From the IMG/VR virus record IMGVR_UViG_3300027798_000013: a stretch of DNA of 64,000 nucleotides, one strand, 5' to 3'. Each line of letters begins with the position of its first letter. The stretch's first letter is position 1. The stretch comes from a virus. Its lineage: Duplodnaviria > Heunggongvirae > Uroviricota > Caudoviricetes. Positions 1-15,000 of this stretch are shown here, piece after piece. The notes beneath the pieces are model-generated. The model was not told the origin of the DNA, searched no databases, and saw only the letters and a program-made list of their open reading frames with translations. Made by a program: the position numbers and the translations under genes.

Positions 1-3000
1 GAAGTATCATAGCCGCCAACAAACACTTCTATTTCGTCTGCTTCTCCATAAGTCGATGCTGATAATGTAGTTATTAGTTTTGTACTATAAACACCAGGAT
101 CAGTGTCATATGATACTGTAATTGTGTGTGTTGACTTGATTAGACTCGGTAGTACTTTAAATACTCCATAATTATTAGGTATAGATAATGTAATACTTGT
201 TGATGTGCTAGCAGAACATAGCCAAGCGCCGTTATATTCTATTGGGTTCGATCCAGATATAACATAATATATTCCTGTGACAGGTGCTGTTGTTTGCGTA
301 GAAATTGCAAATGTAACATCAATAGTACTGCCAACTGGTACAAATGGATTCACCGATTGTGGAACTATTGTAATACTGTTGGATATATTTGACGACGATA
401 CGGTATGGTACCCATTGTACTTTGTATTACTGTTGTTAGCGACTAGCAACAACTTGTTGAGAGCAGGAGTATAACTTTGTTGTGGAACAGCAAAGGTCAC
501 CAGATACGGGCCTGTGCCGGTTTTGCTAACAAATTTTTGTATTACTGCATTATCAAATAATTTAAGGCTTGCAGGAGTAGCAGACCAAGATGAAGTTGTT
601 TTACCCGGAACAAAACTCAACGGAATAATTAATTTTGTTGTGTAATTATCAATTGTAATTTGTTCTGTTTTAAATGTATCAACATATGGAATAGTTTCGC
701 TTGGGCCAATGTCTTGTACCTTAGAACCTGTTCCGTGAACCGTAGGAACGCCTGTACCTAGTGTGCCGCGTCTTAATTGGCCAAGTGTAGTATTATTTTT
801 AACTGTGAAATATTCGATCCGCTCGCCGTTAATTTCAACAACACCAGGTTTGTTGATTGCAGGATTAGGTTTATCAAAATTACCAGCATCTTTTACAAAA
901 ATTTCTTTATCGTAATAGTAAAGATCCTGTATTAGTTCATTTTGTTTATAAAGATTTAAACGCTTATAAACTGTTCTGTTTAGCATATCTTTAAATTGCA
1001 TATAGCTTATACCAGCCTTAACTGATTCGCCAGCAAAAATAATTGCTTCAAATTCATCATTGATTGCCGGAGGGGTACCCAATGTAATACTAGTCAGATC
1101 TGGATTTACTCGATAATCAACTCCGTTAATTAATAATAATTTATTTTTTGTAACCCATAATTGAGGTTCTGTTAAAATAGTTGATGGTAATTCTATTCTG
1201 CCGCCCAAGACTCCAACATATCTATAGTAATCAGCATTGACTGAACTAAACTGTAAATTATTAGTTGCTTTTGTTCTTGTACGTTGTATTTGTAAAATAT
1301 CGTGTTTATATGCCGATACAACTTCAACATAATCAGATAACCCGTATGCTTGACTAAATGTAATTGTGTTACCAACAATATAATAATCTTGATCTGATTT
1401 GACATTTATAATCAATCGTTTACCTTTGTATTTACTGTACACTTTTTTATTAATTGAAATACTTACCGCTGAAGTATCTACAATGTAATCTGTATTCAAT
1501 TCTAATAAAATTCCATCAGCATAAACTGTGAGATCAGCTGTATTAACACTATACGGTTGTACTGACAATATATCTAGTGTATAGGTATATTGATTTGTAG
1601 AGATTGTAAAATATGTTGTTCTGGGACCTTGTAAAATTTGCTGATTAGCACGAACTAACACGCTAGTTTCTAACGGAACACTTGATCCAATAGTGTTTGA
1701 CAGTGTGTATGTTGAACTGCCGTTGGTTGCTAATTTTTCGTTTTTAAATACTGCATATGTTTGCTGATTGCCCAACACTATTAGATAATTTAAAGTTTGA
1801 AATTTAGTCGGGGCAATACTGAATCTAAAACCAATTCTATTTGGACTGTCATATGTGTTATCAGTCTTGAACAAAGTTGGATTGATTGCTACACCGTCAA
1901 GGTAAACAAGATAATTGAAATCTGTGTTGACGTATGGTGCTTTGGTGATAAATTCTTTAGTTTTACCGTCTGCAACAAAATAATCAGCATCTAAAATATT
2001 AGTTCCGTTGAATCCAAAACTGTGTAAAGTAACTATACTGCCGTTAGTAGGTACATTTCTCAAAACCACTTGTTTGTTAGGATAATCAAGATAGTAATCT
2101 ATGCCCGTAGCTAACACTGTGGAATTTAACTTGATATAAACTGCATCCTGACTATTTGGAAATTGCTCCAAACTAAATTTCTTATTAACTCCGTCTGCAA
2201 CGTAATTTAATACCTTTACAGTGGCCGAACCATCGCTTGGTCTATCGAATACTTTAATTGCAACACTGTCTACAACTTGTCCAGGAACTACTTCTTCTGG
2301 GGCTCCACTAGTATTAGTTGTTACAAATCCATCTCCGTCAACAATAATATCATCAGGATTCAATCCGGTAGCAGAATTATACTCCAAAGTTCCTCCATCA
2401 AGAGCAGTGTCAAAATCACTTGCGCTGATAGGAACTGCTCCGTCGCTAGAACTTTTACGGAATATAATAACGTCTCCAGCTATTAGTGTATAGGTACTCG
2501 GTATTGTGATAATCGGTGCAGTTCCATCTGCTATGTAAGTGGACATTACTGCATTTGGATTTCCCGTACTCCGACCTATCATCGAGCCCGATGCGGATAC
2601 TAATATATATTCCGGGCCTGCCAACGTTGCGGATATTTTAAAAGTTCTATTCGTTGGTATTTCTTTAATATAATATGTGGTAGCAGGTTGTATATTACCG
2701 AATAATGTTCCAGTAAATCCAATGGTATCTCCAATATTGAATGTGATTGGAGTTATTGTAGTTACGATATTGGTGCCAGCTTCTGTGCCAGTAATAACCC
2801 ATTGTTTAGCAAAATTTTCATCATCAATCCTAACTGGATCAAAACTAGTAGTAACATTAATTATCGCGCCGGCAGATGGCGGTTCAGATAATTGTAGAGA
2901 CACGCTTGTCAAATATCTAAAATCAATTGGCGCAGCCAATGATCTAACAAAATTAATTTGTATTCCTGCTAAAATATCTCCGTATAAAATATTAGTCAAT

Positions 3001-6000
3001 ATTACTTGATTGGTAGCAGTTAGAATTTGTTTTATTGATGTTCCGTCAGCAATCGCTCCTGGAATACTGCAATTTGCTAAATCCCCTACTTTTAACCCAG
3101 TTATATTGTTTAAGTTCACAGTAGCGGCAGGTGCGGCCGCTACTTGACTCAACGGCATTGTGCCCTGAGCAGAACTTACTGGGAATACTGATCCGCCAAT
3201 AGTTGCACTCACTGTAAACAATGTTGGAGATACGATGTCTTTTACGTAATAAGTAACTCCGGTAGCAAGGCCGCCAAAGACAGCACCGTTAAATTGAAAG
3301 GCCAATCCTGAAAATAACGATGCTGTTGGAGCAGTAAGATAATTGCTACTGGTTGCATATTGTATAACCATATTACCTGTTCCGCCTGCAACAGTGAATT
3401 CTGATCCGCCAACACTTGCGCCAACTTTGAATGTGGTTGAATCTATAATAGCTACAACATAATATGTTAGATTTGTAATGAATCCACCAAAACTTCCTGA
3501 TATGATTTTAATGGCTTTACCAAGACTTAAATTTGTTGTTGATGCAGTTTTGAGATAATTAAAACCTGTCAAAAGTTGAGTCACTGAGATCTGTTCAGTT
3601 GATGTAGCCGTTACATTTACAGTTAATCCAGCAACTATTTTATTTAAATAAATTTGAATAGCATCAACAAATGTATATGCGGAAGGAAGTGTATATATTA
3701 ATTGTGAGCCATCTGATGTAAATGACGTATTAAATATTTTAGAATAATAAACGTTGATATTCGTAAACACTTCGGGCATATACGGAAGTGTAAAACTACG
3801 ACTTATTACTGTTTCGTTGCTAATCGTTACTGCATAATCGCTATATGTATTTTCGTATGAGTCCCATAAATCTTGCATAAACCCAATACTACCCCAACCT
3901 TGAGATACACTGTAATCAAGACCGGTGACAATTACGCCACCATAATCAACACCAGTCATTAGCTGATCTAACGACTTGCCTAATTGTCCAGTTGTTGGGT
4001 TATAATAATATTGTATCCTATCGCTAGCATTTAATAAATCGATATCTTTTAAATATTCAACTGTAAGTGTTGAACCCAATGCTGGTGCTGTTTTTAAAGT
4101 TATAAATCCACTATACGTTGTATATCCCTTTGCAGTTGATTTAACTGTTGTTAATGTGTAGTTGTCTCTGAGTACAAGAGCATTATCAACTTTGACAGTA
4201 CTTTGGCCAATTTTTACATCAGGAGCCCACACTAGTGAAAACTTAGTTTTGTTGCCGGTGCCCGAGAATGAATGCGTTTCGTTTAACTGAATTGTATAAT
4301 AGGTATTAGTAGTTCTATCAAATTTCATTTTGATAAAACTCGATCTAACATTACTTTTGCCAATAACAGCAATTGCCTTAGCAGTACTGCCGCTGGCAGA
4401 TGATCCGCCATCAATAATAATAGTAGGGGCTGAAAGATATCCAGTGCCCGATGACACCAATAATATTCTATTAACTTTGCCGTTGGCAATAAACGCCTGA
4501 GCAACTGCTCCACTACCGCTATTGCTGATAATTCTAACAATAGGAGCAGTAACGTATCCTGATCCGTTATCAATTATTGTGATAGAAGTTATTTGAAATC
4601 CAACATTTGATAACCAATGTTTCCAAGGATATGTTTGTATTTCTGATCTGTCGCCTGTAATTTTTCCGTCTTTAACAAACGTTTTAATCACGCTGTTGTT
4701 ACCAGATCCAAATATTGCTGGAAGATCAAAGTCGGTAATCACAGAAGAACTATTATCTATTGATGTATAATTACTTACAAATTCTCTCACAGTTGTTCTA
4801 TATGGAACAACTTCAGCAATGTAGTCTTGGAAGTTTTCTAAATTATCATTTTTATAAGTTATTGTTTGTTTTAATTTGCCAACATTGTGTTGAGCTTTAA
4901 CAAAACTTGTCTTAAATGCCCAGTCAATATAAGTTTGTTCTGTGTGAGCATATCGTATACCAGCAAAAAATAAATTTAGATATTCTGATTTTAATGTATC
5001 AATTAAAATATCATCTTTAAGAGAATTTAACAGTATTCTCAATTCTTTACTTGCAGTATAATCGTACCCGGTATTGTCATAAATTGAACTGTCATAGCCA
5101 ATGTTGTTATTAACAAAACTATAAAGTTTAGAACTTAATTGCAGTGTTCCGTTTTCAATTCCAATAACTTGGAATCGTTGTGTCCAGTCAACACTTGTAG
5201 ATTTAGAATAACACAACAATAGTTGCCATCCAGTCGAACCGGAAATTCTGACTTTAACCGTTTGGCCAATTTCTGGATCAACTGTTCCTAATTCAGCAAA
5301 CACATCTACTGCAAAATCAATAATACTAAATTGATTAAATCCAGTAGCATACCAATCTATTTTATTCCAGTAATTGCGAACATCATATGATTGAGTTTTG
5401 ACACGAACCCAGGATTGTATTCCTGTTATAGTATTTGTAACATAAGAATAAATGCTCCAGTTGCCGTTGGCCACAGAGTCCGATCTAACCAACACAGAAA
5501 ATGGTCGTATTTGTAAGGTTGCGGAATTAGTATATCCTTTTCCTTTTGAAATAATTTCAGCGCCGGTAATTACTCCAGCAACATCAATTATTGCTTTTAA
5601 TTTAGCTCCAACACCTGACCCTTTGATAGTTATAGTTGGAGAACTTTTATATCCAGAGCCGCCTGATTGTATCACAACATCAACAATACTACCGTTAACA
5701 ATTACCGGAGAAATAACTGCTGATTTAGCAGTGGATACTGATACTATTCGTAATTCTGCATCAGTATCCACAATGGTGTCAAATACTCCTGTAAACAATT
5801 GAGGTTCAGCATCATAGCTTTCTAACTTAGAAATGTTTCGTTGTCCAACTATTTGTTCGTTAATTAAAACTAAATTAACACGTTCAACAAACTGTTTTAA
5901 CGCTTCAAAATTATTAACAAACATTCCCTGGCGCGGGCGGCTTTCAATACCGTATCGTAATTTAGCTGGTAAATTTAAATCTGGTACAGGTCGATCTGCT

Positions 6001-9000
6001 TGATCTTTGCCGCACAAACTGTCAAACCATTTTTCTTCTATCACTGCTGGCAGTTTAGTACTTGTGCTATTATCGATTAATTTCCATTGGGCATGGATAT
6101 TTTGATCCGACTGCTCAATTATCCAATATTCTATTCCTAGAATAACATTGTCACCATTTAATAAATTTTGACAATTTATTAAACTAAAAGAATTTTTACC
6201 AGTTAGTGCGATGAAAGGGTATCCTTGGCCACGAGGGTTAGAAATTAATTCCGAAACAGCATTTGCTGAAATGTTTCTATCAGCAACATTAGGAATAAGC
6301 TTCTTATTTTTTACCCAGAAATAATATGTATTTTCAAATGCATTATTAAATGCGTTAAAATATTGTTTAACACTGTAAGAATCAGTATACAACGGTGTTC
6401 CGCTGATATTATTAACTAGCCCTGCGTCAGTGTCTGCTTGAATTTTCCATTCTGTAGGAGTTAATTGTGTTTCTACCCACTCGTAAATGTCAATGCTCGC
6501 TCCGCTGGCCAGCATGTTTAATGTGCTGTTTCTGTAAATTAAATTTTCAGAATGGTTATCAATAAATTTAGCGGTGCGCAGGTCCCACCACAGTTTGCCT
6601 GCTTGTTTGTTTTGCCAAGAATTACCAATATCAACATTAACTGAGCTTGATCCAACAGTATAAATTGCTGGATCATAAAATGTCTTATAGCTTATCTCTT
6701 GCTCAGCAGAGCCAGCAATCTTGCCAAGGCTTGGATCAATTATATCTAAATATCTAATTAATTTATTTGATACTTTATTATATAAAAATGCTTGTTTAAT
6801 CTTTTTAATATCAATTAAATCTGTTTGTTTATGTACAGGTGTCCAACTAAACGAACCAGCAAATTTTTCATATGAATAAACTTTACCTGAATTAATTTCT
6901 ATTATAGGGTTTCCGCTTATGTTTTCTGAAATTTCTGTTTCGTGGGGTGCGCCGACTAAAATTGTATTATCCGATGCCGCAAAACTTTGGCCAAAACCGT
7001 CAGCATTTGACCCGCCGGTATACAGAGACTCTCCAGAGATCCAGTTTTTAGAATATCGATCGTACACGTCAATTCTTCCAGAATTTTGCGATATTTCTTT
7101 AAACACCAGCGATCCGGAATCAAATATAGTTTCTGTTGTATCAAATGTTGTTAAGTCAAACGAGTCGGCGCCTGGACTATAAATTAACAAAGTTTTATAA
7201 TCGTTTGCAAACTTGATATTGAATCCAAACAGATCGCCTGACTGCTGGCGGGGATTTAGAATTTGTTGGTATTCTCTGTAAGTATTTCCAACCGCAGAGT
7301 TATTACTTAAAATATACACTCGGCCTTCGTTTTCCTGTAGATCCGATTGTAAAGGAGACCCTATTGCAACGTAATCTCCGTTTTTCGAAATTGCAACACT
7401 TTGGCCAAATTGTGTAGAATCTTTTGTAACACTTCCATCACCAATAGTGGCAACTGCTATAGATCCGTTGGCAGTGACAGTGCTGATTGACATGGTTATT
7501 TGGCCGCCACCTCTATTAAATGTTACAGTATCTCCGATTGCATACCCAAAACCTTGATTACTAATTTTTAAACTTGTGACTTCAGCACTGCCGGTAAGGG
7601 TTGCCGCTAGCGGAATATTGATAGTCAAGCCGGTTGCAACCGTTGGTGTCAATCCAACTGTTAGTTCTTGGTCAATTATGTAAGTACCAATGCCTCCCCG
7701 GCCAGTACCTGTTAACAATAATGTAGTAGACACAACTGCTTGAGTTACACTTACTTGCCAAGATCCGCCTGATCCTGAAACAATTTTTGTTCCAGTTAAC
7801 ACATTACTTCCAGTTACTAACATTCCAACTCGAACGTTGCCGCCGGATTGCCCGCTAAATGTTAATGCAGTGCCAGAAATTGCCGCACCGGTAATTGTAA
7901 TACCATCTATAATCACCGGATTAGTAATGATATATTGAGAAGTTGCCGCAAATGAATTTACTGTTTGCGCTGGAGAAACATAATATGTTCCTTCTTTTCC
8001 TGTTCCTGAACCAGATGCAATAATAGCGGTACCGGAGGTCACGCCGTTTCCTGACAATCGCTGTCCTAGTAATATTAAACCAGACGACGGCGTATTTGCT
8101 GTTAGTACTACTGTAGTTCCTGTTATGGTTGTTGGCACTACTGTTTGGATTGCGCTTACTACCCACTCGGTTTCCGAGCCAGACACCACGTAAGTTCCAG
8201 ACACCACGCCGCTGCCACTTAGTACCATTCCAGCAAATAAACCAATTCCTGTATTGTCAGTAAATGTAAGAGTCGTATCTTTAATTTCTGCATTTAATAA
8301 AAATGCCTGGGACGTTGCTTGTGTACACGTTGTTGACTGACTGATATTGACATACCAAGTTGTGCCAGAGCCGCCAGTGATAACAGTTCCATCTAATACT
8401 GTGCCGCCTAATAGCACCATACCGATTTCTACCGGTGATCCTGTAGACGCTGTGAATGTTAGAGTATTTCCAGAAATAGTTCCGTTAGGTACTGTAGCAG
8501 TGGTGCAAGTGGAAGTCTGACTAAGACTAACAGTCCACGATGTTCCAGATCCGCCAACAATTGTTGTTCCTGCTATTACAGTGCCGCCTGTTAACACCGT
8601 GCCAGGAGTTAGCGTTGCTCCAGAAAAAGCGGTGAACGTTAATATAAATCCACTGATACTAGCAGATACCAATGTACCAGTAATAGTTATTGGGCTAGCA
8701 ACTGTTTGGCTGGTATTGACTATCCAGCTATTTCCAGATCCATATAATATTTTTGTGCCAGCTGTGACGCCTGCGCCAGTTAATACCATTCCTGGAGTTA
8801 CAGGATCTCCGGCCGTGATTGCATCAAATGTTAATGTTATTCCAGTGATTGTAGCATTAAACATCGAAGCAATGCCGCCAAGTAAGGTAGTTGTTGCACC
8901 AGTTAAGTTTGCTGTTCCTTTTGTTGTAACTATGGCCGTGAATGAAGAAGCAGTATCAAGTGCAGGATTACCAAGTTGCATTCCGGGCTTGATAGTTTCA

Positions 9001-12000
9001 TATAAGGTGGCTTTGATTTCACGTGTTGAAATAGTAACAGCATTTGAGATAGTCCAGATAGTGCCGCTACCGCTCACAATAACATAATCTCCGCTAATTC
9101 CAGTGCCGCTTAGTTGCATACCTGGAATAATATTTGCGCCTGCTAACTGCTCTATTGTAAGAGTTGTGTCAGTTATAGATCCAATAATTTCTGCAACTAC
9201 TGGATTTAATCCGTTGGTAATTTTACTAACAGTTAAAACATTATTTTGAATAACTCCTGAATAAGTTACAGAATTTACTTGAGTGATATATGTGTTTGAA
9301 GCAAATGCTGTTGGAACTGTAGAGGAAAATATTAGTTGGCCTAATTCAAAATTAGTAACATTCGTAACTGGAATAATGATAGATCCCGGCAGTGCCCCCG
9401 GTGTTGTGGTATGTGCTAATTTGACTTTTAAATTAGAACCTGACCGACTTGTGGTAGTAACAATGTCAATGCCAGTAGTACTGCTTGCAAACGTTAGTGG
9501 TGACCAATATGTTGCGTTAGTTACAGAATTATTAATTGTGCTTAGTATTGCTACATAATAATTTCCACCGTATACAACAGTATCTCCTATTTTATATTGA
9601 ACACCAGAATTGAATACAGAGGTAGCCCAAGTTAATGCTAAAACTCCGCCCGTACCCAAAGGATTGACAACAGTAATAACATCATTTATTTTGTAGTTTT
9701 GTCCAGGATCTCTCACTGTTACAGTTTGAAGTACGCCCTGGCTATTAACAATTACATCAACTACTAAACCTGCGCCGCTTCCACCTGTGGTAGTCACTGA
9801 CGATATTGTTGTTCTAAGAAATTTATCAGTGGTGGTTCTAAATCCAGCGCCACCAGATAATGTATTACCGTTAAACGAAAATACCCCGTCAGTGGTTGTT
9901 GGATTAGATACTACCTGACTTGGGCCAGCAACAGTTTGTATTAAATTGTAATTTTTATTCGAATCTAAGGAATAGATATAAACATTGCCAGCTAATGGCG
10001 CGGCAATTACAAGGATAGAATTATCGTTTGTAACACTGATGTCTGATCCGAAACCGTAAGAAGTTCCATTGGCAATGCTGATACCAGGTTTAGTTAGCAA
10101 CCAACGATCGCTGGTATTTTCGATAGGCAATGCAGTGCCGCCATCGAACACTAGATCGTTTGTAGAAGCAGTTGTTGATGAAAGACCGCCGTCATAGACT
10201 ACTGTAGCAATTGCATTGACATCATCGCCGTCTGCGTTAAGATTGGAAGCTACTGTTGCCACTCCCTCAACTGCAACATATCTTAATTCGTATATAGTTG
10301 CCTGTGATCCAGAACCCGTTGGTCCTATTGATCCTATGAATAGTTTTCCATTGCCAAACGCTAAACTAGAACCAAATTGTTGATTAGCAGTGTTATCGCC
10401 GCTTGCAATTGTAAACAATAGTAGATATTCATCATACGTTGTTTTTTGATATAAACTCACTGCGCCTTGAAGTAAATTAGAAGAATTTAATGCCGATTGG
10501 TCGCAGACTACATTGCCGTTAGGTAGTTGTTTAGTGGCAAGGAGTCCTACTCGAGGACTACCGATAGCTAAAAATTCTCCGTCGGGACTCATTGCCATAC
10601 TGTTAGCAAATGTATCAAGTGCATTTGGATTTTGACCAAAAACATTTTGTGCCATGAACGGACGCTTAATAATTTGTTTAAAGATCCAGCGAGCACCCTG
10701 CTTGCTGTAAACAATAACTTCACCCACTTGCGTAGAAACTGCGGCCACTGTGCCTTCTAAATTTGTAACAACAATTCGACCATGGGCCATATCTGAAGTA
10801 GGATATGGTTTTCTAATTTCAGTGTTGCTATAGACAGAAGTTAGTTCTAATTCTGCCCATTTATTTGTAGAGTCTTTGTCGATCCAAATCTTGTCACCTG
10901 GAGAAGTAAATGCCTTAATAATATCGTTGGCGTTATCAATCGACGGTGCTCTTACTGAGTATAATCTAAATATTTCTAGATTAGCCGAAATTGTTTCGGC
11001 AGTTGGCCACTCTGGCCCCGGCTTGTATAGCGGTGCTTCGATAGTGAAATCTTGCAAGTTAACATCAACAACTTTATAAAATCCAGCAAACGCAATTTGT
11101 TTTAATGCAACATATTGGCCTAACAAGCTAGAATCAAGTTGATTGTTTGAAAAAATTGTTATTGTTTTATTTGAACTATTATAAGTTGCATCTGAAGGGC
11201 TGATATCCGACGAAGAAAATCTATAAATATTCCAACTTGTTTTTTCAAACGTTACCCAAATATACATACCAGTGTTAAACGGTGTTACATCGGTAGTAAG
11301 CAATGTGTCAAGTGTGTTTATTTGAAATACTTGATCGGTTGGCTGAACATAGCCCGGAGTTCTTAAAAACAACTTTTGTGCATTATTAACTGGCCACGGT
11401 TCAGCATTGTACCCACGAGGCTTAACATAAACATCGTTGGCTGAAATATTAACATTGTAATTTGATGAAGCTTCAGGCTGTATTGTTAGATAAAACCCTT
11501 GCGGATTTTTAGTAAGATCCGGTTGTTCAATCAAAAATTCAACTGCTTCATATGCCTGGCTTGCGCCGTACTGACCAACACGAATGCCCCATTCTTCATA
11601 AAATGTTAAACTTTCTTTATTTTCAGCACTTAGTACATCAAACAATTTATTAAGACTATTCTGTGTTCCTTTTTCTTTTATCATACCTTGATAAAATTGA
11701 AATTCACTAATGTTATCTTGAATAATATTACTTAAATATTGACGTTTTTGATATCCAACCAAATGTTGTGCAATCTTCTGTTGGCCTGTATCAAAATTAG
11801 CTTGATCTAGATTATAAAAATCTTCAAACTGTCCGGCTTTATAGCTCCAGTTTGGCAACAACGACGGTTGTGGTTTTTTAATTTGCATCCAGTTATTGGA
11901 TTCGAACTCATTGGTGCCCGGCAAGAAACGAACGGCACTATAATAGTATCCCTGATAAGACACAATGTCGCCCAGTGCATAATCCGCCCAAGAACTCCAT

Positions 12001-15000
12001 TGCTTGATATCGGCTCTATCAAAAACAAATCCTGGCACTTCAAAGCCGCCGAACCATTCACTACTAATAAAGCCAGCAACTTTAATACGTTCTTGTCTAT
12101 ATCCGCTTTCTGGATTGTATATAACGTCATTAAACACTGTCGTATTGTCTAAAATTAAGACTTGTTCTTTCTGTACTAGATAAAAACTAGCATTGTAAAT
12201 TGTTCCGTTATCGTCTGGACTAAATGTAACAATATTTCCTTGTCTGTTTGAATTTAAATCTGCCGGTGTCAAGCTACTGCCGTCTACCTTATAGATTTCG
12301 TATTCGTTAAAAGGATTATTAATATCCTCAGCAACGGACAACACTGAACTAAATGATAAACTGTTGGCCGCAGGACTTAGACTTATCACTGCGCTACCCA
12401 CTGTGTTTAATCCATCTAATTTGACGTAATTTGTTTCCTGGAACATGGGCTGGGCTGGAATATTTTGTAAAGCTCGGTAGTAAATATCTTGATATTTTAC
12501 AATAATTCCGTAACCAACTGCTTGATTAGGAATCCATTGTTGCCATGTATCTTGCCCGGTACTCCATTTTTGTGTAGTCCAGAACATAAATTCTTTAGCA
12601 GTGGTGCTCCAGTTTGAAACATTTTCAAGATTATTATTAAAATCTTCAAATATAAATCCTTGAGCTTTTAAATATTCGCCGTATCCTAAAATAAAATCAA
12701 CGACCTGCTGTACACTTGTTAATACAGTGCCGTAAGGTAATACGTTGATACTAGAAGAATCCCACGTATTTCTAAATACTGATGTTACACCTCCGGTGAC
12801 TGGAAGCTCGGGTAGCGCCGCAAATGCGGTTGAATCAAATACATCAGGTGTTACAGCATATAACGTTCTATAATATTTTCCGTTGTAAAATACAGTTTGG
12901 CCCACAGAGTAGGTCTTGCCAGCAGTCCAATTTACAAATGAAGCACTTATGCCGCCAACATTGATACGTGGACCAAGTTCTTGTCGAGGAGCAAAATATT
13001 TAAAAAATGCTTCTGAAAGACTGTACCCTTTGATTTCATATCCTTCAGATAATTTAGTAATGATAATTCCGCTGTAGGATAACTTGGCAATTGGGCTAGA
13101 ACTATTGTAAAATATTTTGTAATTTTCTGGAGGGACAAACACATTTCCAGTGGATGCTGGATTTTTGCTATCTAAGATTAAATTAAAATTGTTTTTACTT
13201 GTAAATCCGCTAACTCTGTAAGATAATTTGATATCCAGATTATCTAAATTATATTGATATTCATCGTAATAACTAACATTATTGTTTACTAGATATTCAA
13301 TCAAGTAGTTTATAATACCCGATGTGTACACTCTAGAACTACTAGAATAAATGCTTGGTAATAAAATATCACGGGGTTTAACATGTAATCCGGTGTCTTT
13401 GTAAACTAACTGTCCGCATAAATTTCTAACAGTTCGTGACTTGTCTAAACAGGTAGCAAGGGTATGCGCTGGTTTTAAAATCATTGATGCAATTAAAATA
13501 CTAAACGGATAATAACTACTGCGACGCCATGCTGACTCAACGGGCGCAACATCTCCAAATATATGACTACCTTGATTATCTGTATTGAACACACCTGTGG
13601 CTAATCTTGCACTAACTGGGCTGACTAGATTGCCGGATTCATCAACTGGTAGATGATTTAATAGATCGGGCCTTGCAAATTGTTTTCGATATTCAGCTGG
13701 CATACCAGGTGCTTTGACTGCACCTTCTTCCAGATCTTTCCACATGATAGTATTATTGCTGGTGTAAGGTGCTGGGCCATATACTTCTTGCCACCAACTA
13801 GGTTCTTCGCTTATTCCCAGCATTTCCCAAGGACATATATTTGGTTTGTCTGTATCATACACCCATCTAAAAATGCCGCGCCAGTATCCAGGTAGTTCTC
13901 TACCGTCTGGTGCAGAATGTCCTCTGTAATTATAAGTAAACGTGCTGTTTTTATCAAACCCTACTTGTTTAGAAAAGTCGCGGCCAACTAAGTTTGCCCA
14001 TTTATAAAATCCCAGAGCTAGTACTCGATTGATTTCATCTAGAGAATAATCAGAATTTCTATAGTATCCTGGAATTATATCGTAGATATCAAATATGTCC
14101 GAGTCGTACTGAATTTGTAAATTATTATAAATTCGTTTTTCTAATTCTAAAATAATATTATCGCGATAATCACCGTATGATAATGTTTGACTTCCGTCGT
14201 GACCTTGAATCATAGTGCGGGGAGTTAATAAACTATAATCAACATAGATTTTTGGCTTGAACTTTGGCCACAATCCTAACTTGGTTGGGGTTGGTGGAAT
14301 GAAACATCCATCGGTACTGTCATATTCAAATACTGTAAGTTTATCTCCGTCTACTAATCCAACAGTGTTGTTAATAGATACATAACCATCAGTTGTAAAA
14401 ATATAATCGATGCCATATAATAATTGTACACCAACTGGGGGCTGAACACCATTAAGATATATAGAAACTGCTTTGTTGCTTAGTTCTGTATTGCTATAAA
14501 CAGTCGTTAATGGGTATGTTCTAATTCGATTATCTACAACTGTATACTCTGTAATTTTTTTACCTGTAAACGGTACCATGTCACTGAAATAGTAAGACGA
14601 TTTTTTTGTTTTATTTGCAGATAATTTTTTAAGTATTAAATCCACTTGAGCAACTACATTTGTATCAGTTCCCAATTGTTGTGCCGCAAGTAAAAAACTG
14701 TGTTTGAATTTGCCGTAGTCATCCCTTGATTTTTCTAAGGCACGTACAATATTGTTTTGTTCGCTTGTGATATGGTACAGGGCTAAACTTGCAGGGCCAC
14801 TGTGTTGTATAAATTTTGTACCGTAAGCAGTAACATTGCCTAAATTTCTAAGATTATTTGATCCTGACACTACTCCTACAAAATTTTCTTGTATATTGTC
14901 AACAATTGAATTTAAGTGGTCAGCTACTTCACCCAATGTGAAATATTTCATATCAATGTTTAAAGGATTGTTTTGTAGATTAATAGGAATCTCATAAAAC

